Counted from the first letter of the stretch, positions 1 through 8,857 are shown. The stretch is DNA of 32,311 nucleotides from a virus (IMGVR_UViG_3300021560_000046:1-32311), one strand, 5' to 3'. Notes: generated from the sequence alone by a model not told the origin. A program made the numbers and translations.

Positions 1-17
1 ACAGATGAGGTGGCGCA

Positions 18-272
18 ATGCTTGATCTGACCCACCAAGAGGCCGCAGCCGTCTGGCTATGCGCTGCCGAGAGCGACATCACTGCCTTTGAGGTGATCTG
101 CAAGCGCAACAATCTCGGGCCGGAGATGATCACCCGCATAGCCGAGAACTACGTCCGCGGGATGAACAAGCTGCGCGATTTCATGAAGGAAGGCGCGGAC
201 ACCCGCGTGCTCCTGACGGTGATCGAAGGCGGCAAGCAGGACGACCGCCTCGATGATATGCCAGTCGGATGA
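18..272 (+). CDS. hypothetical phage protein (84 aa)
   Basis: ORF with a GAGG RBS upstream. First of a tightly packed run of small plus-strand ORFs; no recognisable domain. Confidence 0.6.
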   Translation: MLDLTHQEAAAVWLCAAESDITAFEVICKRNNLGPEMITRIAENYVRGMNKLRDFMKEGADTRVLLTVIEGGKQDDRLDDMPVG

Positions 273-295
273 CCTTCTCAGGAGGCGAAATCCGC

Positions 296-487
296 ATGAA
301 TTCAAGCGAGCCGTCGCTGAGCCAGGGCCGGCCGGTGGGCTACCGGCTGGTGGTCACCCAGCCCACCGGCAAGCGGTCGAGCGCGGAAGCCAAGGCCGAC
401 AGCATGCAGCCGCTTCTCGATCTGGCAAACCAGTTTGAGAAACTGGGGTATGAATTCGTGAAGCTCGAACGCATCTACGGCGGATAA
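296..487 (+). CDS. hypothetical phage protein (63 aa; alternative start 269)
   Basis: AGGAGG RBS about 10 nt before ATG 296; protein-like composition. Confidence 0.6.
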   Translation: MNSSEPSLSQGRPVGYRLVVTQPTGKRSSAEAKADSMQPLLDLANQFEKLGYEFVKLERIYGG

Positions 488-496
488 GGAAAAAGC

Positions 497-718
497 ATGT
501 CGATCTACCGCTACCGCTACATCGCATCGAGGCCAGTCAGCTATAAGGAACTGGGCGACGTGCGCTGGTGCTATGTCGAGGCCCCGCAAAAGCTGGCCGA
601 GAACGCGGCCGGCATCCCGGTCTCGAAGCATGAGCACGGCGTCATCGCGACCGACCGCTTTGTCCTGCAATCGATGCAAGAGGCCGCGGGCCTGACGCCG
701 CAGAAGGGCACGGCATGA
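497..718 (+). CDS. hypothetical protein, weak resemblance to DarA C-terminal-like small domain
   Basis: AAGGA RBS. The YRY..SRP...HGVIATDR pattern recalls the YRY...RP...HG.I.Y.R.L pattern of DarA_C-like phage proteins (by eye only). Confidence 0.6.
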   Translation: MSIYRYRYIASRPVSYKELGDVRWCYVEAPQKLAENAAGIPVSKHEHGVIATDRFVLQSMQEAAGLTPQKGTA

Positions 719-740
719 ACGTCAGGCAGATAAGACACCC

Positions 741-932
741 ATGATCCAAGCCGAAGACGCCGAACAGCTAGCCGAACTGGCGGAATATTGCCGGCGCACA
801 TCGCGCGACAAACGGGCCAGCGCGTCCTTGTTGCGGCTGGGGCTGCGCTCCGTCGCCGAGGAACTCGACGCTCTCCGCATGCGGCTGATAACCGAGGAGA
901 ACACATGCCCATCACCACGCCGGCCGGCGTGA
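741..932 (+). CDS. hypothetical protein (63 aa, helical)
   Basis: Fills the gap between neighbouring genes; weak RBS. Confidence 0.45.
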   Translation: MIQAEDAEQLAELAEYCRRTSRDKRASASLLRLGLRSVAEELDALRMRLITEENTCPSPRRPA

Positions 933-1162
933 AAAAGATGACGCGGGAGGAGGCCAAGCTGATCTTGCTACGCTCGCTCCTCGATAAGCCCAAGATCATC
1001 CACTTTGGTCGCACGCCGGTCGATGCCATCGAACTAGCGATGGAGATGACGCAGGAAGGGCTGACGGTGATCAATGGCAAATACATCGCGCTCACCGATA
1101 AGGGCCGAGCGCATCTCGCGGCCGAGGCCGCGTTGACGGGGCAGAGCCGAGGCGGCAGCTAG
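905..1162 (+). CDS. small winged-helix-like protein (85 aa)
   Basis: GAGGAG RBS before ATG 905. The C-terminal 'EGLTVINGKYIALTDKGRAHL' is a typical wing plus LT.KG motif. Confidence 0.6.
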   Translation: MPITTPAGVKKMTREEAKLILLRSLLDKPKIIHFGRTPVDAIELAMEMTQEGLTVINGKYIALTDKGRAHLAAEAALTGQSRGGS

Positions 1163-1354
1163 AAGCCGCGTAAGGCTAGGGGGCCAGAAGGTGGAGGGGG
1201 ACATAGGGCATTCCGCGGTGCCCTCCCTGTGGAAGCCGGCTGGCCCCCGGCGCTTCGTCCGCAAATCCGGGCGGAAACTAAATCTAACTAATTTCCGGAA
1301 TTCCAACTCCGCTGAATTTTAAACCGTTGAAATTGTTCGTTGGCATTTTGGGAG

Positions 1355-1389
1355 GGGGATTTAATGCCGGAGCCGGCACAAAAATCCCC
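1355..1389. promoter_or_regulatory. inverted repeat / hairpin in convergent intergenic region
   Basis: GGGGATTT(1355-1362)..TGCCGG-AG-CCGGCA..AAATCCCC(1382-1389). Confidence 0.5.
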
Positions 1390-1440
1390 GCATTTTCCGG
1401 CCGGATTTTCCCGAGGCTCTAGGAAGGCCCCAGACGCACA

Positions 1441-1479
1441 AAGGGGCTGCACCGGCTCATGATACCGGGGCAGCCCCTT
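1441..1479. terminator. probable terminator hairpin for the late operon (possibly bidirectional)
   Basis: AAGGGGCTGC-A-CCGG-loop-CCGG-G-GCAGCCCCTT, 36 nt downstream of the last minus-strand gene; only a weak U-tract. Confidence 0.55.
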
Positions 1480-1515
1480 CCGCTTACCAGTGACGCCCTG
1501 ACGCGTCCTCTGGGG

Positions 1516-1863
1516 CTATCTGGGCAGTGAGCTATTCGGCGGCGACGATGCCGGCACCGAACCGGACGGTTCTGAGGCGGCACCGGAATGGTGCGGGCTC
1601 ACATGGCGGCGATAATAGCTTGCCGGGTGGACTGGTCGGACGTTCCCGCCACGGTGATAGCGGTGAGCGTAATAGTGATACCGGCCGTGATGGTAGTGCC
1701 GGTGCAGCGGCGGATTGGCGATCGGGGCCATCTCCGCAGGCGGCGGAACAAACGCCGGAGGCGGCGGCGGCACAGCGGCAATAGGGACCGGGGCTGGCGG
1801 AGGAGGGGGAGCACAGGCCGCCAGCACAGCGCAGGCGGCAGCAAGGACAATGACGCGGCGCAT
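1516..1863 (-). CDS. Pro-rich, His/Tyr-rich lipoprotein (115 aa)
   Basis: AGGAGG RBS. MRR + hydrophobic stretch + lipobox LAA-C, then poly-Pro and HRHYHHGRYHYYAHRYH. Confidence 0.75.
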   Translation of the reverse strand: MRRVIVLAAACAVLAACAPPPPPAPVPIAAVPPPPPAFVPPPAEMAPIANPPLHRHYHHGRYHYYAHRYHRGGNVRPVHPASYYRRHVSPHHSGAASEPSGSVPASSPPNSSLPR

Positions 1864-1876
1864 TTGGATTTCCCTC

Positions 1877-2539
1877 CTATTCAACTGGATTTGGTGGGCT
1901 CGGCTCGACCGTTACCTCAAACCGCTGAGGACCGACAGGGGCTTGCGTTTGGGCAGCGGTAGCGGCGGCGGCTGCGGCACCGGGCTGCGTCAGTGGCGGC
2001 TGTGGTGTCGGCGGCAGCGGCACCGGATCGGCCGGGAAGGCCCCACCTCCCGGCGGCTGCGGTTCGCCCTCGATCGGCGGCGGGCCTGGGTGCGGCTCCG
2101 GCGGAGGCGGCGGGATAACCGGCGGGCTCCAAGCAGGCGGGACAGTCGGCGACGGCCCGTAAGGTGGTGGCTCAAGCGGTGGCGGCTCTGCAAACGGTAT
2201 GATGCGCGGAGCCCCCCAGAGCGTGCCTGCCGTGCGGCTCTCGGTATAGCCCATCTCGACCAGTTTGGCGGTGATACGGTCGGCTTGATTTTGCAGCAAC
2301 ACCGTCACCGTCGCGACATCATCGGGATCGGTGATGATCGGATAGAGGATGACCGATGACGGCGGGACGAGCGACGAACCGCCCGCCGCCTCTCGCGCCT
2401 TTCCATCGAGCGCGGGCGGCGACGATATCGTCATCCCCTGCACGCCCGCGCCGTTGTTCAGCGAGAAGATCGCTTGATTGAGCGCCGTCAACTGGTCTTG
2501 CAGTAGCGACGCGGCCGGGATCGTGTTGATGTCTGGCAT
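1877..2539 (-). CDS. fibre-associated small protein, paralog 3, with Pro-rich C-terminal extension
   Basis: Directly follows fibre 3. The N-terminal ~100 aa align by eye with the ORFs at 8858-9160 and 11117-11458. Confidence 0.75.
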   Translation of the reverse strand: MPDINTIPAASLLQDQLTALNQAIFSLNNGAGVQGMTISSPPALDGKAREAAGGSSLVPPSSVILYPIITDPDDVATVTVLLQNQADRITAKLVEMGYTESRTAGTLWGAPRIIPFAEPPPLEPPPYGPSPTVPPAWSPPVIPPPPPEPHPGPPPIEGEPQPPGGGAFPADPVPLPPTPQPPLTQPGAAAAAATAAQTQAPVGPQRFEVTVEPSPPNPVE

Positions 2540-2541
2540 AA

Positions 2542-4752
2542 TCAGCCCCTTCCTTCCAGCGCCTCGACTTTAGCCGCCAGCGCCTTCACGGCGTTGATCA
2601 AGGCATAAACGATCGGTGTCGCTTCGATGGTCTTGAGGTGTTCAGTGATTTCCCCGGTGGTCGAGGCCGGATCGACCCACGGCAGCGGCTGAGCCAGGAG
2701 TTCTGGCATCACGTCTTCGATTTCCTCGACCACCAGACCGATATAAGGCCTGCCGTCATCGACATGCCCATACGTCCCATTGAATTCAAACCGGCGTGGG
2801 CGCAGCTTTTTAATCTTTTCGAGGCCGCCATCATAGTCCTCGATATTTTTCTTCAACCGGCCCTCGGAACTGTCGGCCCACATCCCGCCACCCGGTTTGT
2901 AGCCATTGCCGTTATTGGCGACCAAGAAGCCGCCGGGGAAGGAGGCAGACCAGTCGTACCATCCTTGACCAAGCGGTTGTCCATCCGCGGGCCACGACAA
3001 AATCTGCGACTGAAAATAGGCCCCGCCCCATTGCTGGCCGATACGTGTTGACCACCATGTCGGGCAGTAGCCGTTGAGGCCCTGGTAGTTGACAGCACCA
3101 TTGTGCATCTCGATCTGCGAATTATTCCCCGCCATCTGAAAGGAGGTTTGGCAGTACATCGTCCAGCTATGGCAGTCGCCGGAGGAATAAAGATAGCTCG
3201 CAGTGACGTTACCGGCGACATTGCAATGGCCGTTGCTCTGAAGGTAGTTGGTGATCACCGTATTCGATGATGTCTGGTTGTTGCAGTTGAGATTGCCGTT
3301 GACCTGAGTGCTACCATTGGATGTCAGATTGCCATTGACCCCGACATTCGAGGCGAACCACCACGGGTTCGTGACACCAGCCTGACCGCCGCCGCCATCG
3401 TAGATATAGCCCGCCCCGCCGATGTAATAGCCGCCGGAGATATGGACATCCCAGACGTTCCAGAGGCTCTGGTTGCCAAAGGAGGCCCCGCCCGAGGCGA
3501 CATTGATCGAGCCATAGACAGTGAGCCCGTTGTAAACAACTTCGCCATTGTCCACGTAAAGGTTCCCGCCCGCGGTAAAGCTGCCGTAGGCGGTGACATT
3601 GCCGCTTGTGTCAATCTGCCAGCGGATCGCGTGCGCGCTCTCATCGGCAATCGCGTAGTTGCCGTTGTTGAGACAGCCGACTGACCAGTCGCGCGTGCTC
3701 CCCACGATAAAGTGGGTGCGGGCGTAATAGCCGTAATCGGCATAGACTTGAAAGGGATCGTTGCCGCTGGGGATATAGGCGCGGCCCCCAGCCTGCATGT
3801 AGGTATAGCCGTTGACCCATAGCTGACCCAGCGGATTGACATTGCTGTGGAGGTAAACCCAACCGTTGCCGCCGTAGATATGGGCCTCGGTGACCGCCCC
3901 CGCACCGATCTGCAAGACATTGCTTGAGGCGGCAAAGCCCACCACACTGCGCGCGGTCCCGGCGCTGTCGCGGCAGTAGAGATTTTGATTAACGCCGGTA
4001 ACAAAGTTGCCGCTGGACCACAGCGAACCACCCGCGCCGACATCGGCCCAGACTGGGACACCACCGCCAATGTGAATGTTGTTGTCGGAGAGGAAGCCGA
4101 CAATCGGTCTGGGATTGTTCGACGTATCACGTCCGGACCAGTAGATGTTGTTACCCGTCAACGGTGTGCCGTTGATGATGACGTAAGGCGCTGTGCCGTC
4201 GTTGACGTAGACGTTGTTGTCGCTCGATTTGATGATGAGCCCGCGCGGCTGTCCACCGGTATCCTTGGCAAAATACCACGTGTTGTTGGCAAGGACGGTC
4301 GAGATACCGGCCTGGAACTGGATGTTACCAACCATCGTGCCGCCCGCGAGGGGGAGGTAGAGGCCCAAATTCGGGCCTTGCGGGATGAGCGCCAGGACAA
4401 AGGCCGAGAGCGCGTTCTGGAATTCGGTGATCCAGTTGATCTGGCTCCCGTCGTCGGGGACGTAGATATTCGATTGGTTGCTGATCCACTGGCACAGGCT
4501 CGACGCGACAAACGTCCCCTGGCGCAGCGCGCGGTTGTTAAAGGCCGATATCGCCAGACCGGGGAGATTGCCGGTCGCCAGCAAAGGATCGGTAAAATAG
4601 CCGGTCAAGGGCTCGATATTCGCCCCCGCCCCGATCGCCACCGCCTTAAAATCGGTGCCGGGGCCGGCGAGCGGCGTCACGCCATCGGTCAAGGTGGGCA
4701 CGCCGCCTCCGCCGTTGCCGGGAGCCCCGGTGGTGGTGATGATATCGCTCAT
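2542..4752 (-). CDS. tail fibre 3 (baseplate-anchored) with C-terminal Peptidase_S74 intramolecular chaperone
   Basis: The N-terminal 'G...G.A.S...N.ALRQ.TF.AS.L.Q.I' anchor is typical of fibres after DUF2612. G/N/aromatic beta-rich body; C-terminal SEGRLKKNI...LRPRRF...IGLVVEEIE...LINAVKALAAKVEALE. Confidence 0.9.
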   Translation of the reverse strand: MSDIITTTGAPGNGGGGVPTLTDGVTPLAGPGTDFKAVAIGAGANIEPLTGYFTDPLLATGNLPGLAISAFNNRALRQGTFVASSLCQWISNQSNIYVPDDGSQINWITEFQNALSAFVLALIPQGPNLGLYLPLAGGTMVGNIQFQAGISTVLANNTWYFAKDTGGQPRGLIIKSSDNNVYVNDGTAPYVIINGTPLTGNNIYWSGRDTSNNPRPIVGFLSDNNIHIGGGVPVWADVGAGGSLWSSGNFVTGVNQNLYCRDSAGTARSVVGFAASSNVLQIGAGAVTEAHIYGGNGWVYLHSNVNPLGQLWVNGYTYMQAGGRAYIPSGNDPFQVYADYGYYARTHFIVGSTRDWSVGCLNNGNYAIADESAHAIRWQIDTSGNVTAYGSFTAGGNLYVDNGEVVYNGLTVYGSINVASGGASFGNQSLWNVWDVHISGGYYIGGAGYIYDGGGGQAGVTNPWWFASNVGVNGNLTSNGSTQVNGNLNCNNQTSSNTVITNYLQSNGHCNVAGNVTASYLYSSGDCHSWTMYCQTSFQMAGNNSQIEMHNGAVNYQGLNGYCPTWWSTRIGQQWGGAYFQSQILSWPADGQPLGQGWYDWSASFPGGFLVANNGNGYKPGGGMWADSSEGRLKKNIEDYDGGLEKIKKLRPRRFEFNGTYGHVDDGRPYIGLVVEEIEDVMPELLAQPLPWVDPASTTGEITEHLKTIEATPIVYALINAVKALAAKVEALEGRG

Positions 4753-4762
4753 CGTTCTCCCC

Positions 4763-6292
4763 TCACTTCTTTAAGTCCCAGCGAGTGTTGCCGTCGTCCC
4801 AAATCGTGCGCGAGACGATCTGATCGTCCCGTTGCCCAAGGCCGCGCGGCGTCCCTGGTTGGGTGTCCCAAATCGTCCCATAAGCCGGGATGTAGCTGTC
4901 GCCCGGTGTCAGCATCAGCCCCCAGTAGCCGGCATCCCAGCCGTGGACACTGTCGGAAGCGCTATCCCAGGAAAAGAACGGCTCCCCCGGTGTCGGCTGT
5001 AGCGCGTAGGCGCGAAGTTCAATTCCCTCCGGCCGCAAATTCATCTGGCCGGTAGTAAAGAGCGACAACAGGACAATGTCGGGTGTGCTCTCCGAGAGGA
5101 GCCCGTAGAGCATCGTCATGTTGCCGTAGTCTTGGATCACCACTTTGAGGCCGGTGTACTGGAAAAGCGTGTCCCACGCCGCGTAGGCCGAGGGGATGGA
5201 CCCATCCCAGTGGTTGGCAATGACCGTCGCGTAGAGCAAAAGCCGGTAGTGGTAGTCGTCCAGTCGCTGCAACGCGTTGTCGGCGTCCATCGGCCCTTTC
5301 CAGTTGGCTTGGTTCCAACCCAGCCCCTCTGTGTCCCACGAGAAATAGACCGCGGGGAGTTCAATCCAGCGGCTCTTGCCGATCCACTGGCCGGTAAAAT
5401 CCTCTTGCTGCCCGACTGAATAATCCAGATCGAAGAGCCCCGGCAGGCCCGCCGCCAGTTGCTGGTCGCTGATCATCGGATCGACGCTCATCGCCACCGT
5501 CGCCATGTATTTCGGGCGCTGGTTGTGCTCGGAGGTGATCCGGTTGAGATAGTCGAGGGTCGAAAAACTCGGGAATGGGTCGGGATACGGCGGCAGCGGT
5601 TGCTGGATTTCCAGCGGGCCGAACAACAGTTCCAGTTGCGCCGTGATCCGGCCTTCGAGCACCGGATACCACGGCATCACCCGGCGCGACTGGATCAGCG
5701 TTGCCGCCGTGATCCTGCCCGCGAGATTGGCGACGTAGTTGCCAGTGACGCTGGCGAGCCCCGCCTGCGCCTGTCCGCTGATCCGCCCCGAGAGGAAGAG
5801 ATAATCGGGGCTCACGCGGACGCGGACGCGTAGTTGTGCCTGCCCGCTGATCCGCCCGCCAAGGGACACGGCAAACGGCGGCTGTGGCGTATAGGGCAGG
5901 AGCCCTGCCTGCGACCGTCCGGTGATCCGTCCCGCGAGGTCGAGCCTAAACTGCGGCGAGGCGAGCCGCAGCCGCGCCTGCGCGGTGATCCGGCCGTAGA
6001 TCGGCGGGCCAAAGATCAGCGGCGGCGAAAACGGCTTGGCCTGCGCGGTGATATTGCCGCCGAGCCAAGCCCGGTTGGTGTAGAGCCGTAGCCGCGCCTG
6101 CCCGGTGATCCGCCCGGTCAGATAGGTTCTTGCCCAGCGGGCCTGTAGGAACGACTTGGAAAAGATCGTCCCGGTGAGCGGCGGATAAAAAATAAGCGTC
6201 CCGCCCCACGACACGCTGGACGCGGTGATGGTGCCGCCGAGTTCTACGACAACCGGGTCATCTCGGGGCGTGACATCGGGCGGGGCGGCCAT
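4763..6292 (-). CDS. DUF2612 baseplate wedge protein with N-terminal 10-repeat 'rope' extension
   Basis: C-terminal half has YL.RITSEH.Q.PKY, FDLD..VG.Q.D..G.WIG.SR, LDD..YR.LL and V.I.D..NMTM (DUF2612 pattern). N-terminal half has LxGxI(T/S)xQ repeats. Confidence 0.85.
   Translation of the reverse strand: MAAPPDVTPRDDPVVVELGGTITASSVSWGGTLIFYPPLTGTIFSKSFLQARWARTYLTGRITGQARLRLYTNRAWLGGNITAQAKPFSPPLIFGPPIYGRITAQARLRLASPQFRLDLAGRITGRSQAGLLPYTPQPPFAVSLGGRISGQAQLRVRVRVSPDYLFLSGRISGQAQAGLASVTGNYVANLAGRITAATLIQSRRVMPWYPVLEGRITAQLELLFGPLEIQQPLPPYPDPFPSFSTLDYLNRITSEHNQRPKYMATVAMSVDPMISDQQLAAGLPGLFDLDYSVGQQEDFTGQWIGKSRWIELPAVYFSWDTEGLGWNQANWKGPMDADNALQRLDDYHYRLLLYATVIANHWDGSIPSAYAAWDTLFQYTGLKVVIQDYGNMTMLYGLLSESTPDIVLLSLFTTGQMNLRPEGIELRAYALQPTPGEPFFSWDSASDSVHGWDAGYWGLMLTPGDSYIPAYGTIWDTQPGTPRGLGQRDDQIVSRTIWDDGNTRWDLKK
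5618..6244 (-). repeat. 10 degenerate ~20-aa coding repeats, consensus LxGRI(T/S)(A/G)QA
   Basis: LGGTITAS, LTGTIFSK, LTGRITGQ, LGGNITAQ, IYGRITAQ, LAGRITGR, LGGRISGQ, LSGRISGQ, LAGRITAA, LEGRITAQ. Confidence 0.8.
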
Positions 6293-6952
6293 TTACGCAA
6301 GCGAGATATTCAGCGCATTGGCGGGGAATGTCGCCTGGACATTGGCGATGATTTGCTGCGAGGCCACTTTGCGGATCATCCCATCGCCACTGGTCGCGGT
6401 GTTGACGATGATCCCGCCATTGGTAACGGTAAAGGTGTCGGTCAGCGAATTCTGGACCAGCATCGGGCCGGTAAACGAACCGGCGAGGAAGGTCGGCGAC
6501 GTGCCGCCATATTCGTTCGACCACATCACCGTGTCGCCATTGAGATAAGAATGCCGCGGCGCGGTGATGACACCGGGAGACGCAGCGCTGGCGGTCGCGG
6601 GAAGCCACGGGAAATTCCCGAAATAATCCCACGCCAGGAGATTGCCGGCGGTCGCCGCATCATAGAGCCCAAAGGCGATGATCGTGCCCCAGACCGCTGT
6701 CGAATTAGGGAAGACGATCGGATTGTTGTTGGTAATGACACTGGGCGCGGCGGCGGTCGGTGTGGCCCAGTCCGCAGGGAGCGTCGCGACGCGGGCGTAG
6801 GCCCCGCCCGACAATTCGGTAAAGCCGGTGCCGTCATCCGCCCCGGCCGCCGAGAAGAGCGCGATATAAGCCGCGCGCAGCGGGAAGATCGCCGTCTTCC
6901 CGGTGATGTGCCCGAGGAGCCCCGAGGCTGTGTAAGTGGTGAGGCCAGACAT
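6293..6952 (-). CDS. Gp80-like fibre 'bead' protein with inserted beta domain
   Basis: YIALF.A....G....E.SGG.YARV...W......N...I.FP..T..WGTI..FGLYDAATAGNLL, and C-terminal TFPA.AL.ISL, is the widespread Gp80-like pattern; it is split by an ~80-aa insert. Confidence 0.8.
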   Translation of the reverse strand: MSGLTTYTASGLLGHITGKTAIFPLRAAYIALFSAAGADDGTGFTELSGGAYARVATLPADWATPTAAAPSVITNNNPIVFPNSTAVWGTIIAFGLYDAATAGNLLAWDYFGNFPWLPATASAASPGVITAPRHSYLNGDTVMWSNEYGGTSPTFLAGSFTGPMLVQNSLTDTFTVTNGGIIVNTATSGDGMIRKVASQQIIANVQATFPANALNISLA

Positions 6953-6962
6953 TTCCCCTCCT

Positions 6963-8138
6963 CTAAGTCACGGTAATGGTGATCAAGGTCGCATCGGTCG
7001 TCGCCGCCTCGATATAGCTGATCGGCAGATCGTTGGCGGTCGGCGTAAAGCCTTGGCGGGCTTGCTGGACGATCGTCACGTCATAGGTCAGCCCATCAGG
7101 CTCCGGTAACTCGGTCGCCGCGATCAGCTTCGAGATGTAGCTGTCGTAGCCGATCGGCAGCCCCACCAGAAAGGCAACGACTTGCGCGACAAGCTCGTTC
7201 TCGATCGCCTGGGTAAAACCGGCGAGTGCCTTCAGCGTGATGTTGACGACGATCGGCACCAGCGTCAGCGGAAAGAAATTGATCTGGGATGGGATACCGC
7301 GCGGATCGTAAACGATGATCTGGGTGGTGCCGTAAGTCGGGGAACCGGGCGTTTTTCTGAGCGCGATGGCCTGGGCGACAGCCTGGGCGTCGCCGCCCTG
7401 CACCACGCACGCCAGCGAATAAGGCGGGATGCCGTTGGCATCGGGCGCGCTGGTCGGATTTTCGTAGACCATGACACGCTGCACGCCCGCGAGATTTTCG
7501 ATCGCCCCCTGGATGCCCAGCACCACCGTCTGCGATGGGTTGGCAACCGATTGCGTTTGCCGGCGGCGCAGTTGCGCATCGGTCTCGACCGGAGCCCCGA
7601 TCGTGGCCGGCACATCGTTCTCGACCGTCTGCCAGCCGAGGGCCGGCGTCAAAATCTCAGTGATCGTGCCGATATCGGCGGGGATCGCGCCGAGATAGAG
7701 ATTGGTCGCGGTAACGGTGATTTCCCCGTTGTCGGGGATGATGATCCCCGGCGGCAACTGCCACTGAGTTCCCAGATTGAGATTATCCCCCACAACACCG
7801 TTGCCGATGGCCGAGCCGGCCTGCCCGACACAGCGAACGAGGACGGTGCTGACCGAGGCCCGCAAGCGCCGGATGCCGTTGATCTTGACGACGCTACTGA
7901 GCCCGACCCCCTGCGCGTAGGTGGGGCTGTAGGCTTGGTAGGCCGCGGCGACGGTCATGTTGGTATCGTTGATCGCAGAGGCGATCACGGCGATCCACTG
8001 ACCGTCCTGTGTGTCCGGATCGATGTCGATGTCGATCCCGTAAATCGCCCGATACTGGTCCTGCAAATAGGCCAGGACATCGGAGAAGAGCGGGACGTAC
8101 ACGCCGCTCCCGTCGATGATGGTGATCGGAAAGGCCAT
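6963..8138 (-). CDS. baseplate J/gp47-like wedge protein
   Basis: YG.DI..DPDT.DGQW, A.GV.L...V.INGI.R, G...ETDA.LR.R, VYEN.T...DANGIPP.S...VV.GGD. Confidence 0.92.
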   Translation of the reverse strand: MAFPITIIDGSGVYVPLFSDVLAYLQDQYRAIYGIDIDIDPDTQDGQWIAVIASAINDTNMTVAAAYQAYSPTYAQGVGLSSVVKINGIRRLRASVSTVLVRCVGQAGSAIGNGVVGDNLNLGTQWQLPPGIIIPDNGEITVTATNLYLGAIPADIGTITEILTPALGWQTVENDVPATIGAPVETDAQLRRRQTQSVANPSQTVVLGIQGAIENLAGVQRVMVYENPTSAPDANGIPPYSLACVVQGGDAQAVAQAIALRKTPGSPTYGTTQIIVYDPRGIPSQINFFPLTLVPIVVNITLKALAGFTQAIENELVAQVVAFLVGLPIGYDSYISKLIAATELPEPDGLTYDVTIVQQARQGFTPTANDLPISYIEAATTDATLITITVT

Positions 8139-8629
8139 CAGCGCCTCGCGGGTAATCGCTGTAAGAGCGGGGCCGGGGGCATGCGCTGCATCATGGTCGG
8201 CTGTGGCACGACGGCGACGTGGATGGTGGGATGCGCCTGCCCGACTTGGTCGATCGTGATCTGCGCGCGGCCGTAGATCGTGTCGATCGTCGCGTTGACG
8301 ACAAAGCCCCGGCTATCCGGATCGAGCACGCTGTCGTAATCGTTGATCGTGATCACGCCATTGGTCGTCAGGATGCGCTCGCGGATCGCGGCGTCGCGCG
8401 ACAACTGCGTGTGAACACCCAGTATCCGCCCTTGTTGGACCACCAGATCATTGAGGGGAAAACCGCCCCACGGTGTCCCCTCTGATGTGTTGAGAAACCA
8501 TTCGCCGGTAAACAACAAGAGCCGCGTCATCACCGACTGACCCACGCCTTCCGGCTGGTCATGCCAGAAATCCCCAGCGCCGTGGCCGAATTGCATGTCG
8601 CCATCGGCGTCGAGTTTCCGGTAGCGCAT
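8138..8629 (-). CDS. baseplate wedge / sheath initiator (gp25-like)
   Basis: MRYRKLD.DGD..FG...V.Q.V.TRL.LF.GEWFL.T..GTPW...I.ERIL.T.GV...TIDTIYG; located before baseplate J. Confidence 0.85.
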   Translation of the reverse strand: MRYRKLDADGDMQFGHGAGDFWHDQPEGVGQSVMTRLLLFTGEWFLNTSEGTPWGGFPLNDLVVQQGRILGVHTQLSRDAAIRERILTTNGVITINDYDSVLDPDSRGFVVNATIDTIYGRAQITIDQVGQAHPTIHVAVVPQPTMMQRMPPAPLLQRLPARR

Positions 8630-8853
8630 TAGTTCATCGGGGGCGGAGGCGCGACCGGAAGGCCGGTGCCATTGACCGACTGCGGAGCCTGTTGCTGCAA
8701 TTGCTGGGCGATCGCCTGGATCAGCGGGGCCACTTGGTCATAGGGGCCTTTGACCAGCGCCGCCATGACGCCGTTCCATTGCTGGGCTTCCAGGGTGATC
8801 TGGAAGGGCTGGGTCGGGGAGACCGGCTGTTGGCTGAGGATACCGTCGTTCAT
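8629..8853 (-). CDS. small helical protein downstream of fibres (74 aa)
   Basis: RBS before ATG 8853. The W..V..AL.K.PY..VAPLI..I..Q motif is common in small genes next to phage fibres. Confidence 0.7.
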   Translation of the reverse strand: MNDGILSQQPVSPTQPFQITLEAQQWNGVMAALVKGPYDQVAPLIQAIAQQLQQQAPQSVNGTGLPVAPPPPMN

Positions 8854-8857
8854 CGAA

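Noticed and set aside
1715-2359. Gly/Arg-rich 214-aa plus-strand ORF
   Set aside because: It is the reverse complement of the Pro-rich minus-strand genes, which have better RBS and signal-peptide support.
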